Below are positions 48,945 through 58,900 of a DNA stretch of 64,000 nucleotides, piece by piece (the first letter of the stretch is position 1; each line of letters opens with the position of its first letter). The position numbers and the translations under genes are program-made. This DNA comes from Candidatus Latescibacterota bacterium (lineage in GTDB: Bacteria > Latescibacterota > UBA2968 > UBA8231). The notes below the pieces were generated by a model that was not told where the DNA came from, made no database searches, and saw only the letters and a list, made by a program, of their open reading frames with translations. The stretch spans positions 1,152,001 to 1,216,000 of the forward strand of contig OZ242214.1 in the NCBI GenBank assembly GCA_965206595.1, written 5' to 3'.

Positions 48945-51164
48945 ATGTGTAATCCTCTGCTGACAGCGATAGTCAACGTGCGTGCCGGTCTGGTTGCGAC
49001 GTTTCTGGCCGCCTCGATTTCGGCCGCCACGGCGGCCACGGAGCTCCTGGTCATGGGTGGAGTCGACGGCCTTCCGTGGCGCGACGGCGGTGGCCAGGTC
49101 GCGGCCACCGTGATCGTGTCTGACCAGGCGATCGAGCACACGAACACTCCTGGTGGCGTCGTGGACTTCGAGCGCGAGGGGAAAGAGACCTGGATTTTTC
49201 CCTCGGAGGCGGACACGAGTGAGAACATCCTCATCGGTTTCACGTCGGCGTCCAGGGGCGGGAGCGTGGAAACACCGATCCCGTCCTTCGAGATTCTCGA
49301 ACCCGACTTCAGGAACATGCACGACGGCGATGCCAATACGGCCCTCGTCGTCGCGGCGGAGCGTTTCGGAGCATCCGGTGCCAAGGGTCTGATCCTCAAT
49401 TTCGACCTCGGTTCGGTGTTCGCCATCAACCGCATCCGGTTCTCTCCGCGCGCCGCCTTCAGGCGCGACTTCACCAAGGGCTACCAGCTGTTCCTCAACG
49501 ATGGGTCTCCCGAGGCCGTACGGGCTAACAGTCTGATCTGGGACGAAGTGGCAGAAGAAGGGCAGAATGAGGAGGTCGATGTCGACATCCGCTTCGACAC
49601 GAGATTCGTACGCCATATCCGCTTCCGATCCACGGCCCTGCCCACCTTCGAGATCGCCGAGTTCGAGGTGTTCAGCGAGGGGTTTGCGCCACAGGCCCTG
49701 TATCTTTCGGACATCTTCGACTTCGGTGAACCGGCGATCCTCGGAAACCTGCGCTGGGTCCGGGAAAAAATCGGCGACGAGGCCAGGTCTCGGGCTCTGA
49801 TCCGCACCCGGACGGGAATCGATCCCGAACCGGTTGAGTACACCCGCATCGGCGTGCAATCTTCGGGCCGCCAGCTCCGATCGGGCGCCCTCATCACCGA
49901 TGTGCCCATCGATGCCCTGTGGAAGAAGGCCGAGGACGTGGAGGACGCGGACCTGAAGTCGGTGGTGGAAACGCTTCTGGATCACGAATCCCGCGACGGG
50001 CGCGAGGTGTTGCTGGACTTCACCAGTTTGCCGCTGGAGGACCGGCTGCGCCTCGCCCTCGACGAGGACGACTATTTCGACCTCGACGCCGACGAGAGGT
50101 CCGTCATCCGGGACGATCTGACGAACTGGAGCTCGTGGTCGGCGCCCTATCCTCTGGATGGCGTCGTGGACGAAGGCCGGCTCGCGGATCCCCTGGCCGG
50201 AACGCCGGTTGCCTCACCGACGCCGCGACGGTACTTCCAGTTCATGATCCAATTCTTCAACGACAGCTTCAAAGCCGCCACCGGGACCGGGGCCCTTGCC
50301 GTGGACGTGACGAAACCCGCCTTCGCCCAATCACTCATAGCCGAAATCTTCCCGCGCCAAGCCGAGGTCGGCCGGGAGACGGAGTTCACCTACGCCGTCC
50401 TCTACAGATCTGACGGGCGGGATGCCGGGTTCGACCGCTTCGAGGTCAGGACGCCGGTGAGGACTGAGAGCGTCGGCCGGGTCGAGATCTCAGAGCCGGA
50501 TGGAAATGTCACCTTCGCCGACTTCACCGGGCAATCGCTGGCGAATCCACCGGTGACACAGGGGCAGTTCGGCATCGAAGAATCGCGGCAAGACGGGTTC
50601 GTCATCTCCTTCCCCCAGGTGCAGCGGGACAGCACTCTCTTGAAGATCGACTTCAGCAGCGCCGTCCTGCGAGTGGGAACGCGGTTCAGCGGCGGGGCGC
50701 GGAACAGCGCCGACACACTGTTCGCGCATCCGGTGATAGCGGGGAATGCAGCCGATCTGAGCCGTGGACAGCTGGTGGATCCCGACGGGCCTGTCGGCAC
50801 GCTCAAGGAGAGGAACCTCTTCGTGGACGTGCAGGTCGTCGACCAGTTGCTCGTCAATGTCGGCACGGACATCGGCGTCTTCACGCCGAACCAGGACGGC
50901 ATCAACGACACGGTGACCATACAGTACGACGTGACGAACGTCGCGCCGGCGCTCGCAGTAGAGGTGCGGATTTTCGACCTCTCGGGTCGCCTGGTCAGCT
51001 CGCAAACGCAGGGACGCCGCAGCGGCCGCTACCGACACACATGGGACGGACGGAACCAGGCCGGCGAGCTCGTCCCACCCGGCAACTATGTGTACGCCGT
51101 CTCAATGAATGTTCCCGGCTCGGCTGACGCGCAAAGCGCGGGGGTCGTCGGTGTCGCGTATTGA
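48945..51164 (+). CDS. Secreted protein with discoidin/F5-8-like N-terminal region and C-terminal FlgD Ig-like domain
   Basis: Signal peptide; FDLG...INRIRFSPR...EIAEFEV; FTPNQDGIND, IFDLSGRLV and WDGRNQAGELVPPGNY. Confidence 0.8.
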   Translation: MCNPLLTAIVNVRAGLVATFLAASISAATAATELLVMGGVDGLPWRDGGGQVAATVIVSDQAIEHTNTPGGVVDFEREGKETWIFPSEADTSENILIGFTSASRGGSVETPIPSFEILEPDFRNMHDGDANTALVVAAERFGASGAKGLILNFDLGSVFAINRIRFSPRAAFRRDFTKGYQLFLNDGSPEAVRANSLIWDEVAEEGQNEEVDVDIRFDTRFVRHIRFRSTALPTFEIAEFEVFSEGFAPQALYLSDIFDFGEPAILGNLRWVREKIGDEARSRALIRTRTGIDPEPVEYTRIGVQSSGRQLRSGALITDVPIDALWKKAEDVEDADLKSVVETLLDHESRDGREVLLDFTSLPLEDRLRLALDEDDYFDLDADERSVIRDDLTNWSSWSAPYPLDGVVDEGRLADPLAGTPVASPTPRRYFQFMIQFFNDSFKAATGTGALAVDVTKPAFAQSLIAEIFPRQAEVGRETEFTYAVLYRSDGRDAGFDRFEVRTPVRTESVGRVEISEPDGNVTFADFTGQSLANPPVTQGQFGIEESRQDGFVISFPQVQRDSTLLKIDFSSAVLRVGTRFSGGARNSADTLFAHPVIAGNAADLSRGQLVDPDGPVGTLKERNLFVDVQVVDQLLVNVGTDIGVFTPNQDGINDTVTIQYDVTNVAPALAVEVRIFDLSGRLVSSQTQGRRSGRYRHTWDGRNQAGELVPPGNYVYAVSMNVPGSADAQSAGVVGVAY

Positions 51165-53991
51165 CGAACCGCCTGCTGGCAGAGCGATTTTCGCGGCACT
51201 GTTCCTGGGCCTGACGGCCTTGGCGAACGCCCCGGATCTCGACGCCCAGCAGTACGGCGCCCGGCTCGGCGTGCAGGAGGGGGGCGCCATCTCCTTCGAG
51301 CCAAAAGGGTGGGGCGTCCTGTTCGGCGCCCTCGATCCTGTCGTGCGGCGATGGTACGTGCCACAGGAGCTGTACAACGACTACCGGTGGCGGCAATCGG
51401 AATACTCGAACTACGCCCGCCAGTACTATCAGCGCTACGTCGATACCAGGATCAACGGCGACTACTTTTACGATTTCTACGGTGACTACATCGGCTTCGG
51501 TTGGCTGATCTACGACTGGCGGCAGCAACGGCCCTCCTCAGATGGCAGCGGTATTTTCAAGGGCAGGAATTTCGGCAGCTTCTTTACCAACCTCACGGTG
51601 AGCGGCGATTCGCAAGGGCAGTACGGCTATGCCGTCACGGTGGGCACCGAGCTGCGCACCACACTCACGCCCATGACCTTCTCGAAACCGGATTTCAACG
51701 GGGTCCAGATCGACTTCGCGTCGGACCGGTATGCGGCGACGATTCTGGCCTCGCGCATCAGCGACCCGGCCCCTTTTGCCACGACCTCGCCTCTGAGACG
51801 GCGAAACATCACGAGCCTCGTGGGCGGCAGGGCCACGGTCCAGGTCGGAGATCACATCACCCTGGGCGGCACCCTGGTCGATGCCCGCAACGGCAACACC
51901 GCCCTCGAGAGGGGCGACCCGATTGCCGGCAGCCTCACGCTCGGTCAGAGCGGGACGCCGGTGACGGCGATCGCCATCGTCCTGAGCGATGACAGTCCCG
52001 AGGATGGGGAGGGTGGCGCGGCTCTGTTCGGCCACGACGTACAGATCACCGTCAAGGACTTCGACACGGGGCAGGAGACGGTTCACACCCTCGCCGAGGT
52101 GGTGCGGCCGGGAACGGAGTGGCCGGCCGTGGTCGGGGGGTTCGACCGGGAGGGCTATCTCGCCGCCGACGGCACCGAGCGCATAGTCCTGAACTACGAC
52201 TTCACCGATCCCGCCTTCCAACTCCTGCGAGAAGACGGCACCCGGATCGACGCCAGCAACATCATCGAGGTCGAGTTCGAATACGTGCTGGCCAACGACT
52301 ACCGGATCCAGATGTGGTCGAACCGGCAGACCGGCACCGGCGGGGGGGGGGACGTGCCCCAGCCGCCGCTGACTGGTGCCCTCATCGACCAGGCGGAGCC
52401 CGTTCTGTTTACCATCGAGCGGGCGCGGGGCAACGTTGCGCACCTTACCAATGTTCAGGTGGTGAGTTTCCACTACGGTCTGCCCACGGCGAACCTGGTG
52501 GGTGGGTTCACGGTCGAGGCCACGGACTTGCTCGGCTTCGACTTCTACGGCGAGTGGGATCGGAATGTGCGCTATTCGCAGTATCCCAACACCTTTCGCT
52601 TCAGCGCCAACAAAGGGCACGAAATCTCGTCCCGCAGCGCCGAGGCCTCGCTGCTGACGATCTCCAGGCAGGACTACCCTTACTTTGCCTTCGCGGAGCT
52701 CTACTCTATCGACGAGGACTACTCGACGAGCGCGTTCGTCTCCGACAATCAGGGGGACTTCAAGTACGATCAGCCCGTCAGCGTGCTCTACGAATTCGTC
52801 GACGACAACGACGACAACGATCGCCGGGCGGACTGGTCGAGGGCGGGCGGTGGTACGACCGATACGCAGGTCTACCCGGGCTGGGACGAGAACTGGGACT
52901 TCATCTCTGATTTCAACCAGAACGATTCCGGCGCCATTCCGAACAGGATTCCCGACTACGACGAGCCGTTTCTGCGTCACGATGTGGACCGCCCGGAGTT
53001 TCTCTTCGGCATCGATTTGAACAACAATGCCTGGATCGATCGATTCGAGGACGATGACTTACCCGATTACCCGTACAAAGCAGACCGACGGGGCTATAAC
53101 ATCTTCGGGGGAATTCATCTGACGCCCGAGTCCCGGCTGTTCCTGGGCCGAATCGAGGAGGAGATGTTCTCCGACGAGCGCCAGAGCACAGGCACCTACG
53201 CGCTGTTCACTGTCGACAAGGACTACCCGGACCTCGGCCGCGTGCGGGTCTTCGACATGCTCAGACGCGTCGCCGACCGCATCCCCGACGACCGTCGGGC
53301 CTCGGCCTTGTTCAGGGGTGCTCCGCTGCAGCCCCTCGTACCAGACATCCTGCCGGCGCCCGATACGTGGATCAACACGGGCTGGGTCGGCTTCGATTAC
53401 GCAGGGGTCCCGCGACTGAAAATCATCAACAAGCTCAAGCACGAATTCTACAACCAGGAGAAGGGCGCCCGCGACATCGACGGCCGGCCGCTCGACGAGG
53501 TGACCACCTTCTTCGGGCTCGTCAACAAGGTCGAATACCGTCTCGATGCGGCGGGATTGAGTCTGTACCCGAAGCTGAAGAGCGAGTTCCTGTATCAGGA
53601 GGCCTTCGCAGCCGAGGACGACGATCGGCACCACTGGCAGGGCCTGTTCACGCTGATGGCCCGCTTGCCGTTTCTCAGGCGCAGTGAAATCGCCGCCGGG
53701 ATCGAGCTGGCCCGCTTCGCGGAACGCACCGTGGACGAAGAGGCCATGATCGAACAGCGCCTGGCCGGTGAAACCGGGGATCTCCGCTCGGCCGTGTTTG
53801 GCGTTCAGATGTCGAACCGGTCCGAGTATCTCGGCTATCGTCTGACCACTCAGCTTGGCGTCCGAATCACGCGCCTCTCGACAGAACTCATCGAGCTGGC
53901 CCGGACGGATCCGGACATCGTCTTCGCCCGGGAGTGGGAGGGGGAGACGGAGGCCATGAGCTTTTTCACCATTTACGCCGGACTCGAATGA
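51151..53991 (+). CDS. Large secreted hypothetical protein, paralogue 1 (possible outer-membrane protein)
   Basis: GTG start overlapping the upstream gene; signal peptide; acidic DDNDDND/DFNQND/DLNNN motifs; amphipathic beta-strands; ends FFTIYAGLE. Confidence 0.8.
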   Translation: MSRIDEPPAGRAIFAALFLGLTALANAPDLDAQQYGARLGVQEGGAISFEPKGWGVLFGALDPVVRRWYVPQELYNDYRWRQSEYSNYARQYYQRYVDTRINGDYFYDFYGDYIGFGWLIYDWRQQRPSSDGSGIFKGRNFGSFFTNLTVSGDSQGQYGYAVTVGTELRTTLTPMTFSKPDFNGVQIDFASDRYAATILASRISDPAPFATTSPLRRRNITSLVGGRATVQVGDHITLGGTLVDARNGNTALERGDPIAGSLTLGQSGTPVTAIAIVLSDDSPEDGEGGAALFGHDVQITVKDFDTGQETVHTLAEVVRPGTEWPAVVGGFDREGYLAADGTERIVLNYDFTDPAFQLLREDGTRIDASNIIEVEFEYVLANDYRIQMWSNRQTGTGGGGDVPQPPLTGALIDQAEPVLFTIERARGNVAHLTNVQVVSFHYGLPTANLVGGFTVEATDLLGFDFYGEWDRNVRYSQYPNTFRFSANKGHEISSRSAEASLLTISRQDYPYFAFAELYSIDEDYSTSAFVSDNQGDFKYDQPVSVLYEFVDDNDDNDRRADWSRAGGGTTDTQVYPGWDENWDFISDFNQNDSGAIPNRIPDYDEPFLRHDVDRPEFLFGIDLNNNAWIDRFEDDDLPDYPYKADRRGYNIFGGIHLTPESRLFLGRIEEEMFSDERQSTGTYALFTVDKDYPDLGRVRVFDMLRRVADRIPDDRRASALFRGAPLQPLVPDILPAPDTWINTGWVGFDYAGVPRLKIINKLKHEFYNQEKGARDIDGRPLDEVTTFFGLVNKVEYRLDAAGLSLYPKLKSEFLYQEAFAAEDDDRHHWQGLFTLMARLPFLRRSEIAAGIELARFAERTVDEEAMIEQRLAGETGDLRSAVFGVQMSNRSEYLGYRLTTQLGVRITRLSTELIELARTDPDIVFAREWEGETEAMSFFTIYAGLE

Positions 53992-56906
53992 CGATGGCTG
54001 GCCATCCACGTGCCAGAATTCTCGGGACGAGCGTACTGCTGGCGGCCCTGATTCCCCTCCCCCTGCTCGCTCAAGGGCCGTACGGTTTTCGGATCGGCAA
54101 CCGCGTCGGGGACGAAGTCCTCTACCGTCCCCGGGGGGTGAATATCTACGCAGAGGCCCTCGACCCGACCATCGGTCGCTGGTACCTGCCGGCATCGATG
54201 TTCGGCGAGCGGGGCCGCCGCCAGTGGGAATACACGAACTACGCTTCCGACATCTACAAGCGGTATGTGAGCAGCACACAGGAGGGGGCCTACTTCTACG
54301 ATCAGTACGGCGACCTCATCACGCAGGGGTGGCTGATCTACGACTGGCGCCAGACACAGCCGGCCAGTTCGGGCGGTTCCCAGGTGCTGCAGGATGCGCG
54401 CTACACCAGGTGGTTCGACCGCCTGGTCATCGCCTCCGACGTAAGCGGCGGGCGGGGGTACGCGCTCACCGTTGGGGACGAGATGTTCGCCACTCTCACA
54501 CCCATGACGTTCCGCAAGGCCGGCTTCAACGGACTGGTGGGCAGCTACGCAGCCGACCGTTTCCGCTTCACCGGTGTGCTGTCGAGAATCTCGAACCCCG
54601 CCTTCGGCGGCCTCGTGAGCTTCTCCAATTTTACCAATCTCATGGGCGGCAGGGCGGAGGTGGATGTGGCCGACTTCCTGACGGTGGGCCTGAATTTCAT
54701 CAACAGTCACAACAACAGCGCCACCCGCGACGCCTTCACGGGGAATCCGATGAAGGGGTTCCTCAGCGCCGTGCAGCTGTCCGAGCGGTTGGAGCTTCTC
54801 GTACTGCGGCTGTCCGACGACTCGCCCGAGGACGGCGAAGGCGGAGTCGTCCTCTTCAGCGACGATGTGCAGGTCCACACGACACTCGTGCGCGAGCTGC
54901 CCGATGCGGAGCCTCCCGTCATGGCTCGGATCGATACGGTCATACTGGGCAGCGACATCGGTTTCCAACCCGTCGTGGAGGGTGGCCGGCTGGAGCGCGG
55001 TTTCCTGACGGCGAGCGGAACCGAGGATATCGTGCTCAAGTATCCGCTGGTGGAGCGACCGGAAGCGGATGTGACCGATCTGAGAACACTGCTGATAGAT
55101 CGACTTCGCCTTACACCTGAGGAGGCCGAGGACGCGGTCTCCAACATCAGGGATGTCCGGTTCCGCCTCGTCGTGGCAAACGACTACCGCATCGAGGCGA
55201 CCTCGAACCGGCAGACCGACGACGCTGACGTGCCTCAGTTCCGGCTCGTGACGCGGGCCGAAGGGAACGTGAAGAACGGGCTGAACCGGCAAGAGGTCGT
55301 CTTCGATTACGGCCTGCCGACGGCGAACCAGATCGCGGGGATTTCGACCGAGATCCGCGACTTCCACGGCATCGACTTCTACGGCGAGGCCAACCTCAAC
55401 ACGACCTACCGCAAATACCCCTCGGGCGGGCTCGATAAGCACCGCGCCATCTCCGGCATTCGGGGGGACGAGCACGCCGTCGGCTTCATACTCAACCTGT
55501 CCTGGAGACATGGCCCATGGTCCGTTTTCGCCGAGGGGTTCGGCATGGACGACGATTACACCACGAGCGTGCGTCCTGTGCGAACGGGGGGCCGTACGAA
55601 TTATGATCCAGAGGCCACCAACGTGCTCTACGACTACGTCGACGACAACGACGACAACGACCGGCACCCGGACCAGCTGCGCATCGGCGAGGGCAGTCTC
55701 ATTCCCGATCCGCAGCGGCCGCAGGTGACGATCGAGTCTCGCGGCAGGGCCGATCCCGAAGTCTTTCCGGGTTACGATGAGAACGGCGATTTCATCTCCG
55801 ACTTCAACCAGAACGATATCCCCGGACGGCGGAACTTCTTCCCCGACTACGACGAGCCCTTCCTGCGCTATCACGCCGATCGTCCCCGGTTCCTCGTCGG
55901 GATGGACCTGAACAACAACGGCTGGGCGGAGCGCTTCGAGAACGACGACCAGCCGGACTACCCCTACAAGAAGGACCACTGGGGGCGAAACGTATACGGC
56001 GGTGTCGAGCTCTCTCCGGGAGCGAGATTGAGAGTCGGACAGCTGCGGGAGGAGACCAGGAAAAGCTCACGAGAAAGCGTGGCGACCTACGGACTCGCGA
56101 CCGCCGACGAGGATCGGCCGTGGGGGCGGGTCCGCTTGTTCGACATGCTGAAAAAGGTAGAGGACGACATTCCCGATCACTTGATGCAATGGGTCATCCC
56201 GAGGACGGACTTCGGGCGCGCTGCCACCTCGCGCGGGCGGAACCAGCCGGTGCAGGACCCCCTGGCAGCCGAGGACACCTGGATCAACAGCTTCTACGCC
56301 GACTACCGCTACGACAGCCCCCGCGGCTGGGCGACCTTTCACCGCTTCAAGTGGGAGACCTGGCGTCAGCGTCAGGCTGACGTCGAGGTCACACTCGATG
56401 CCGCCGGCGACACAGTCTCTGTTTTTGATCCCCTCGGTCCGGAGGGACGAAACGGACGGGAGCACTCCGGGTTTACCGGCCTGATCAACAAGGTCGAATA
56501 CGTTCACGACCTCGGACCGATGCAGATCGAGCCGCGATTCAAGAGCGAGTTCCTCAGCGAGACTCCTTTCCGGCGCGATGAGCTCAAACGGCGCTCCTGG
56601 GACGCCATCTTCTTCCTCCAGCTGTCGATGCCGCTGCTCCGCTCGACCCAGCTGCAGGCCGGCTGGGAGCAACGCTTTTTCCACGAACTGATAGAAGACG
56701 AGGACGAACTCGCGGGCCTGTTCAGCGGCGATTTCCGCGGCTCGGTGCTGGCGCTCCAGCTGACGAATCGCAGTGATTACCTGGGCTATCACGTCACGAC
56801 ACAGCTGGGCAGCCGCATCGATCGACGTTCTCTAGAGATCGTCGACGGCGATCGGGACACAGATACCTCCGGTCTGATCTTTCTCACCGTGATGGCGGGC
56901 CTGTAG
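53988..56906 (+). CDS. Large secreted hypothetical protein, paralogue 2
   Basis: ATGA coupling; shares GWLIYDWRQ, TLTPMTF, LSDDSPEDGEGG, YGLPTAN and PDYDEPFLR; ends FLTVMAGL. Confidence 0.8.
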   Translation: MTMAGHPRARILGTSVLLAALIPLPLLAQGPYGFRIGNRVGDEVLYRPRGVNIYAEALDPTIGRWYLPASMFGERGRRQWEYTNYASDIYKRYVSSTQEGAYFYDQYGDLITQGWLIYDWRQTQPASSGGSQVLQDARYTRWFDRLVIASDVSGGRGYALTVGDEMFATLTPMTFRKAGFNGLVGSYAADRFRFTGVLSRISNPAFGGLVSFSNFTNLMGGRAEVDVADFLTVGLNFINSHNNSATRDAFTGNPMKGFLSAVQLSERLELLVLRLSDDSPEDGEGGVVLFSDDVQVHTTLVRELPDAEPPVMARIDTVILGSDIGFQPVVEGGRLERGFLTASGTEDIVLKYPLVERPEADVTDLRTLLIDRLRLTPEEAEDAVSNIRDVRFRLVVANDYRIEATSNRQTDDADVPQFRLVTRAEGNVKNGLNRQEVVFDYGLPTANQIAGISTEIRDFHGIDFYGEANLNTTYRKYPSGGLDKHRAISGIRGDEHAVGFILNLSWRHGPWSVFAEGFGMDDDYTTSVRPVRTGGRTNYDPEATNVLYDYVDDNDDNDRHPDQLRIGEGSLIPDPQRPQVTIESRGRADPEVFPGYDENGDFISDFNQNDIPGRRNFFPDYDEPFLRYHADRPRFLVGMDLNNNGWAERFENDDQPDYPYKKDHWGRNVYGGVELSPGARLRVGQLREETRKSSRESVATYGLATADEDRPWGRVRLFDMLKKVEDDIPDHLMQWVIPRTDFGRAATSRGRNQPVQDPLAAEDTWINSFYADYRYDSPRGWATFHRFKWETWRQRQADVEVTLDAAGDTVSVFDPLGPEGRNGREHSGFTGLINKVEYVHDLGPMQIEPRFKSEFLSETPFRRDELKRRSWDAIFFLQLSMPLLRSTQLQAGWEQRFFHELIEDEDELAGLFSGDFRGSVLALQLTNRSDYLGYHVTTQLGSRIDRRSLEIVDGDRDTDTSGLIFLTVMAGL

Positions 56907-58558
56907 TGGCTGGCCGCCGGCTGCTCACCCTGGTCGCCATACTGCACGGACTTGCCGTAGCGGCAAGTTCCGCGTCGGAGAGCAACCCGGTGATCGCCCA
57001 GGTGGGGGCGACGGAAATCACGCTGAGCGACTTGGAGTCGTTTGGCGCCAGCCTGCCGGAGGTCTACAAGGGAGAGGAGCCCGGCGTTTCGTCGGACAGT
57101 CTGTTGCTCGAGAGTCTCATCGACAAGACCGTCCTGCTGCAGCAAGCCAGAGCGATGGGAATCGACGAAGAGCCCTGGTTCGATCCGACGATCTCGCGCT
57201 TTAGAGAGCAGAGAATGCTCATCCTCCACGGACAGCGCGAGATCAACGCCAAGGTCGTCGTCACCGAGCAGGAGATACTGGAGCAATACCGACAGACGCA
57301 ACGCGATCGGGCGCTCCGGTTCGCCGGAATCATGTTGGCGACTCGTGAGGAGGCGCTCGGGGTACTGGCGGAGCTGGAAGAGGGAGCTGACTTCGCCGAT
57401 CTGGCGCGACAGCGCTCGGTCTACGAAGAGACCAGGGACCGGGGTGGAGACAACTTCAAGTACCTGACCAAGGACGCCACCGCGGAGGAGATTAGAGAAG
57501 AGATCTTTCGCCTCGAGGTGGGGGAGCTCTCCGAACCCGTGTCCCTCGCATACAAGGGCGCGAGACACTATGCGATTTTCAAGATACTGGACGAGATGCC
57601 ACTTCCGGTAGCCGAGTCTGAGGATGTGCTGCGGGGAGAGGTCTTTGCTCGAAAACAGCAGGAGCGTGTAGCGGCGGTAAGCGATTCGCTCGTCGAGGCG
57701 TACGCGCCGCAGATCCAGTTCGAAGTCGTTTCCGATCTGCTGCGATCGACCCACTCGACGCCGGGAGACACTGCCGCGGTGGCGGGTATCGACCCGAGCG
57801 TCGTCATCGTCGACTACCGAGGAGGGCAGCTCACGGTCGGAGATCTGCAGAGCATGGCGCCCCAGGGACAGGGATTTGCCGACAGCACCTCCTTCGTAAG
57901 GTATCTTCGAGACCGCGTCATCGTCGATCGACTTCGCCTGGAGGAGGCGCATGCCGCAGGACTGCACCAGGACCCCTCGGTCGTCTCGGCGGTGGAGGCC
58001 GAACGGCAGGACCTGCTCATGAGTACCGTGCGGGATCGGGAAGTGGTCGAGCAGGTGGCGGTCTCACCCGAAGAGGCCAGGGCCTACTACGAAGATCACC
58101 CGGAGCTCTTTCAAACCTTGGACGAGATGGAAGTGATCGAAGTGCTAGTCCCTTCTCCGCAGCTGGCGCGGCAACTGAAGCAAGAGTTGGAACAGGGGGC
58201 GGACCCGGAGGAGCTGGCGACCTCGCACACGTTCCGCAAGGGGCGGGCGCACCACGGAGGTCGGATCAAGCTGGGCACGGTAACGCGCTATCCAGACGTC
58301 TACGAAGCGGCGAAGGAGATGGAGGTCGGCGACATCGGGGGGCCGGTGAAGGTGAAAGACGGATATTCCGTGTTTGTGATCCTCGACCGCAAGTCGCCGG
58401 AGCTCAAGCCGTACCACGATTTTTCCAAGCGTCGCGCCACAGCGTTCGTCACAATGCAGAAAAGATCCCGGGCCTACAAGGACTACGTGCGCCGGTTGCG
58501 GGACAGGTACGGCGTAACGGTCTTCTGGGACGAACTGCAGAAGATCGACAGATCGTAG
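56906..58558 (+). CDS. Parvulin-type peptidyl-prolyl isomerase (SurA/PrsA-like, two PpiC domains)
   Basis: Signal peptide; GADFADLARQRS...RGGD, GELSEPV and GDIGGPVKVKDGYSV. Confidence 0.85.
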   Translation: MAGRRLLTLVAILHGLAVAASSASESNPVIAQVGATEITLSDLESFGASLPEVYKGEEPGVSSDSLLLESLIDKTVLLQQARAMGIDEEPWFDPTISRFREQRMLILHGQREINAKVVVTEQEILEQYRQTQRDRALRFAGIMLATREEALGVLAELEEGADFADLARQRSVYEETRDRGGDNFKYLTKDATAEEIREEIFRLEVGELSEPVSLAYKGARHYAIFKILDEMPLPVAESEDVLRGEVFARKQQERVAAVSDSLVEAYAPQIQFEVVSDLLRSTHSTPGDTAAVAGIDPSVVIVDYRGGQLTVGDLQSMAPQGQGFADSTSFVRYLRDRVIVDRLRLEEAHAAGLHQDPSVVSAVEAERQDLLMSTVRDREVVEQVAVSPEEARAYYEDHPELFQTLDEMEVIEVLVPSPQLARQLKQELEQGADPEELATSHTFRKGRAHHGGRIKLGTVTRYPDVYEAAKEMEVGDIGGPVKVKDGYSVFVILDRKSPELKPYHDFSKRRATAFVTMQKRSRAYKDYVRRLRDRYGVTVFWDELQKIDRS

Positions 58559-58563
58559 AGCCC

Positions 58564-58878
58564 ATGCTCGGACCGCGCTCGTCCACTCCGAGCATGTCTT
58601 CGTCGCGATCCCCCTTCACCTGGAAAGGCCTCCTCGTCGGCTGCCTGCTGTCGCTGTTCGCCGGCGCCCCTGGGTTCATCACCGGCCAGATCTGGCTTTC
58701 TGCCTTCGTCGCCTGGCTCCTGAAGGCCGTTACCCTGCAGTACGGTGGCCCTGGTCTCTTCGCCCAGCTGCGGCCGTTCTTCCCGGGCCTCATCCTGGGA
58801 GAGACGACGACAGGCGGCGTGTGGCTCGTCATCGACGGCATAACCGGCAACTACGGCAATCGCATCACGGCCATGTGA
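58564..58878 (+). pseudogene. Internally deleted remnant of a DUF6785/DUF6784-like membrane protein
   Basis: N-terminal-type PFTWKGLLVG joined directly to C-terminal-type WLSAFVAWLLK...YGG...RPFFPGLILGE in about 100 aa. Confidence 0.55.
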
Positions 58879-58900
58879 GACACTGGTGCGCCGCGGGCTT

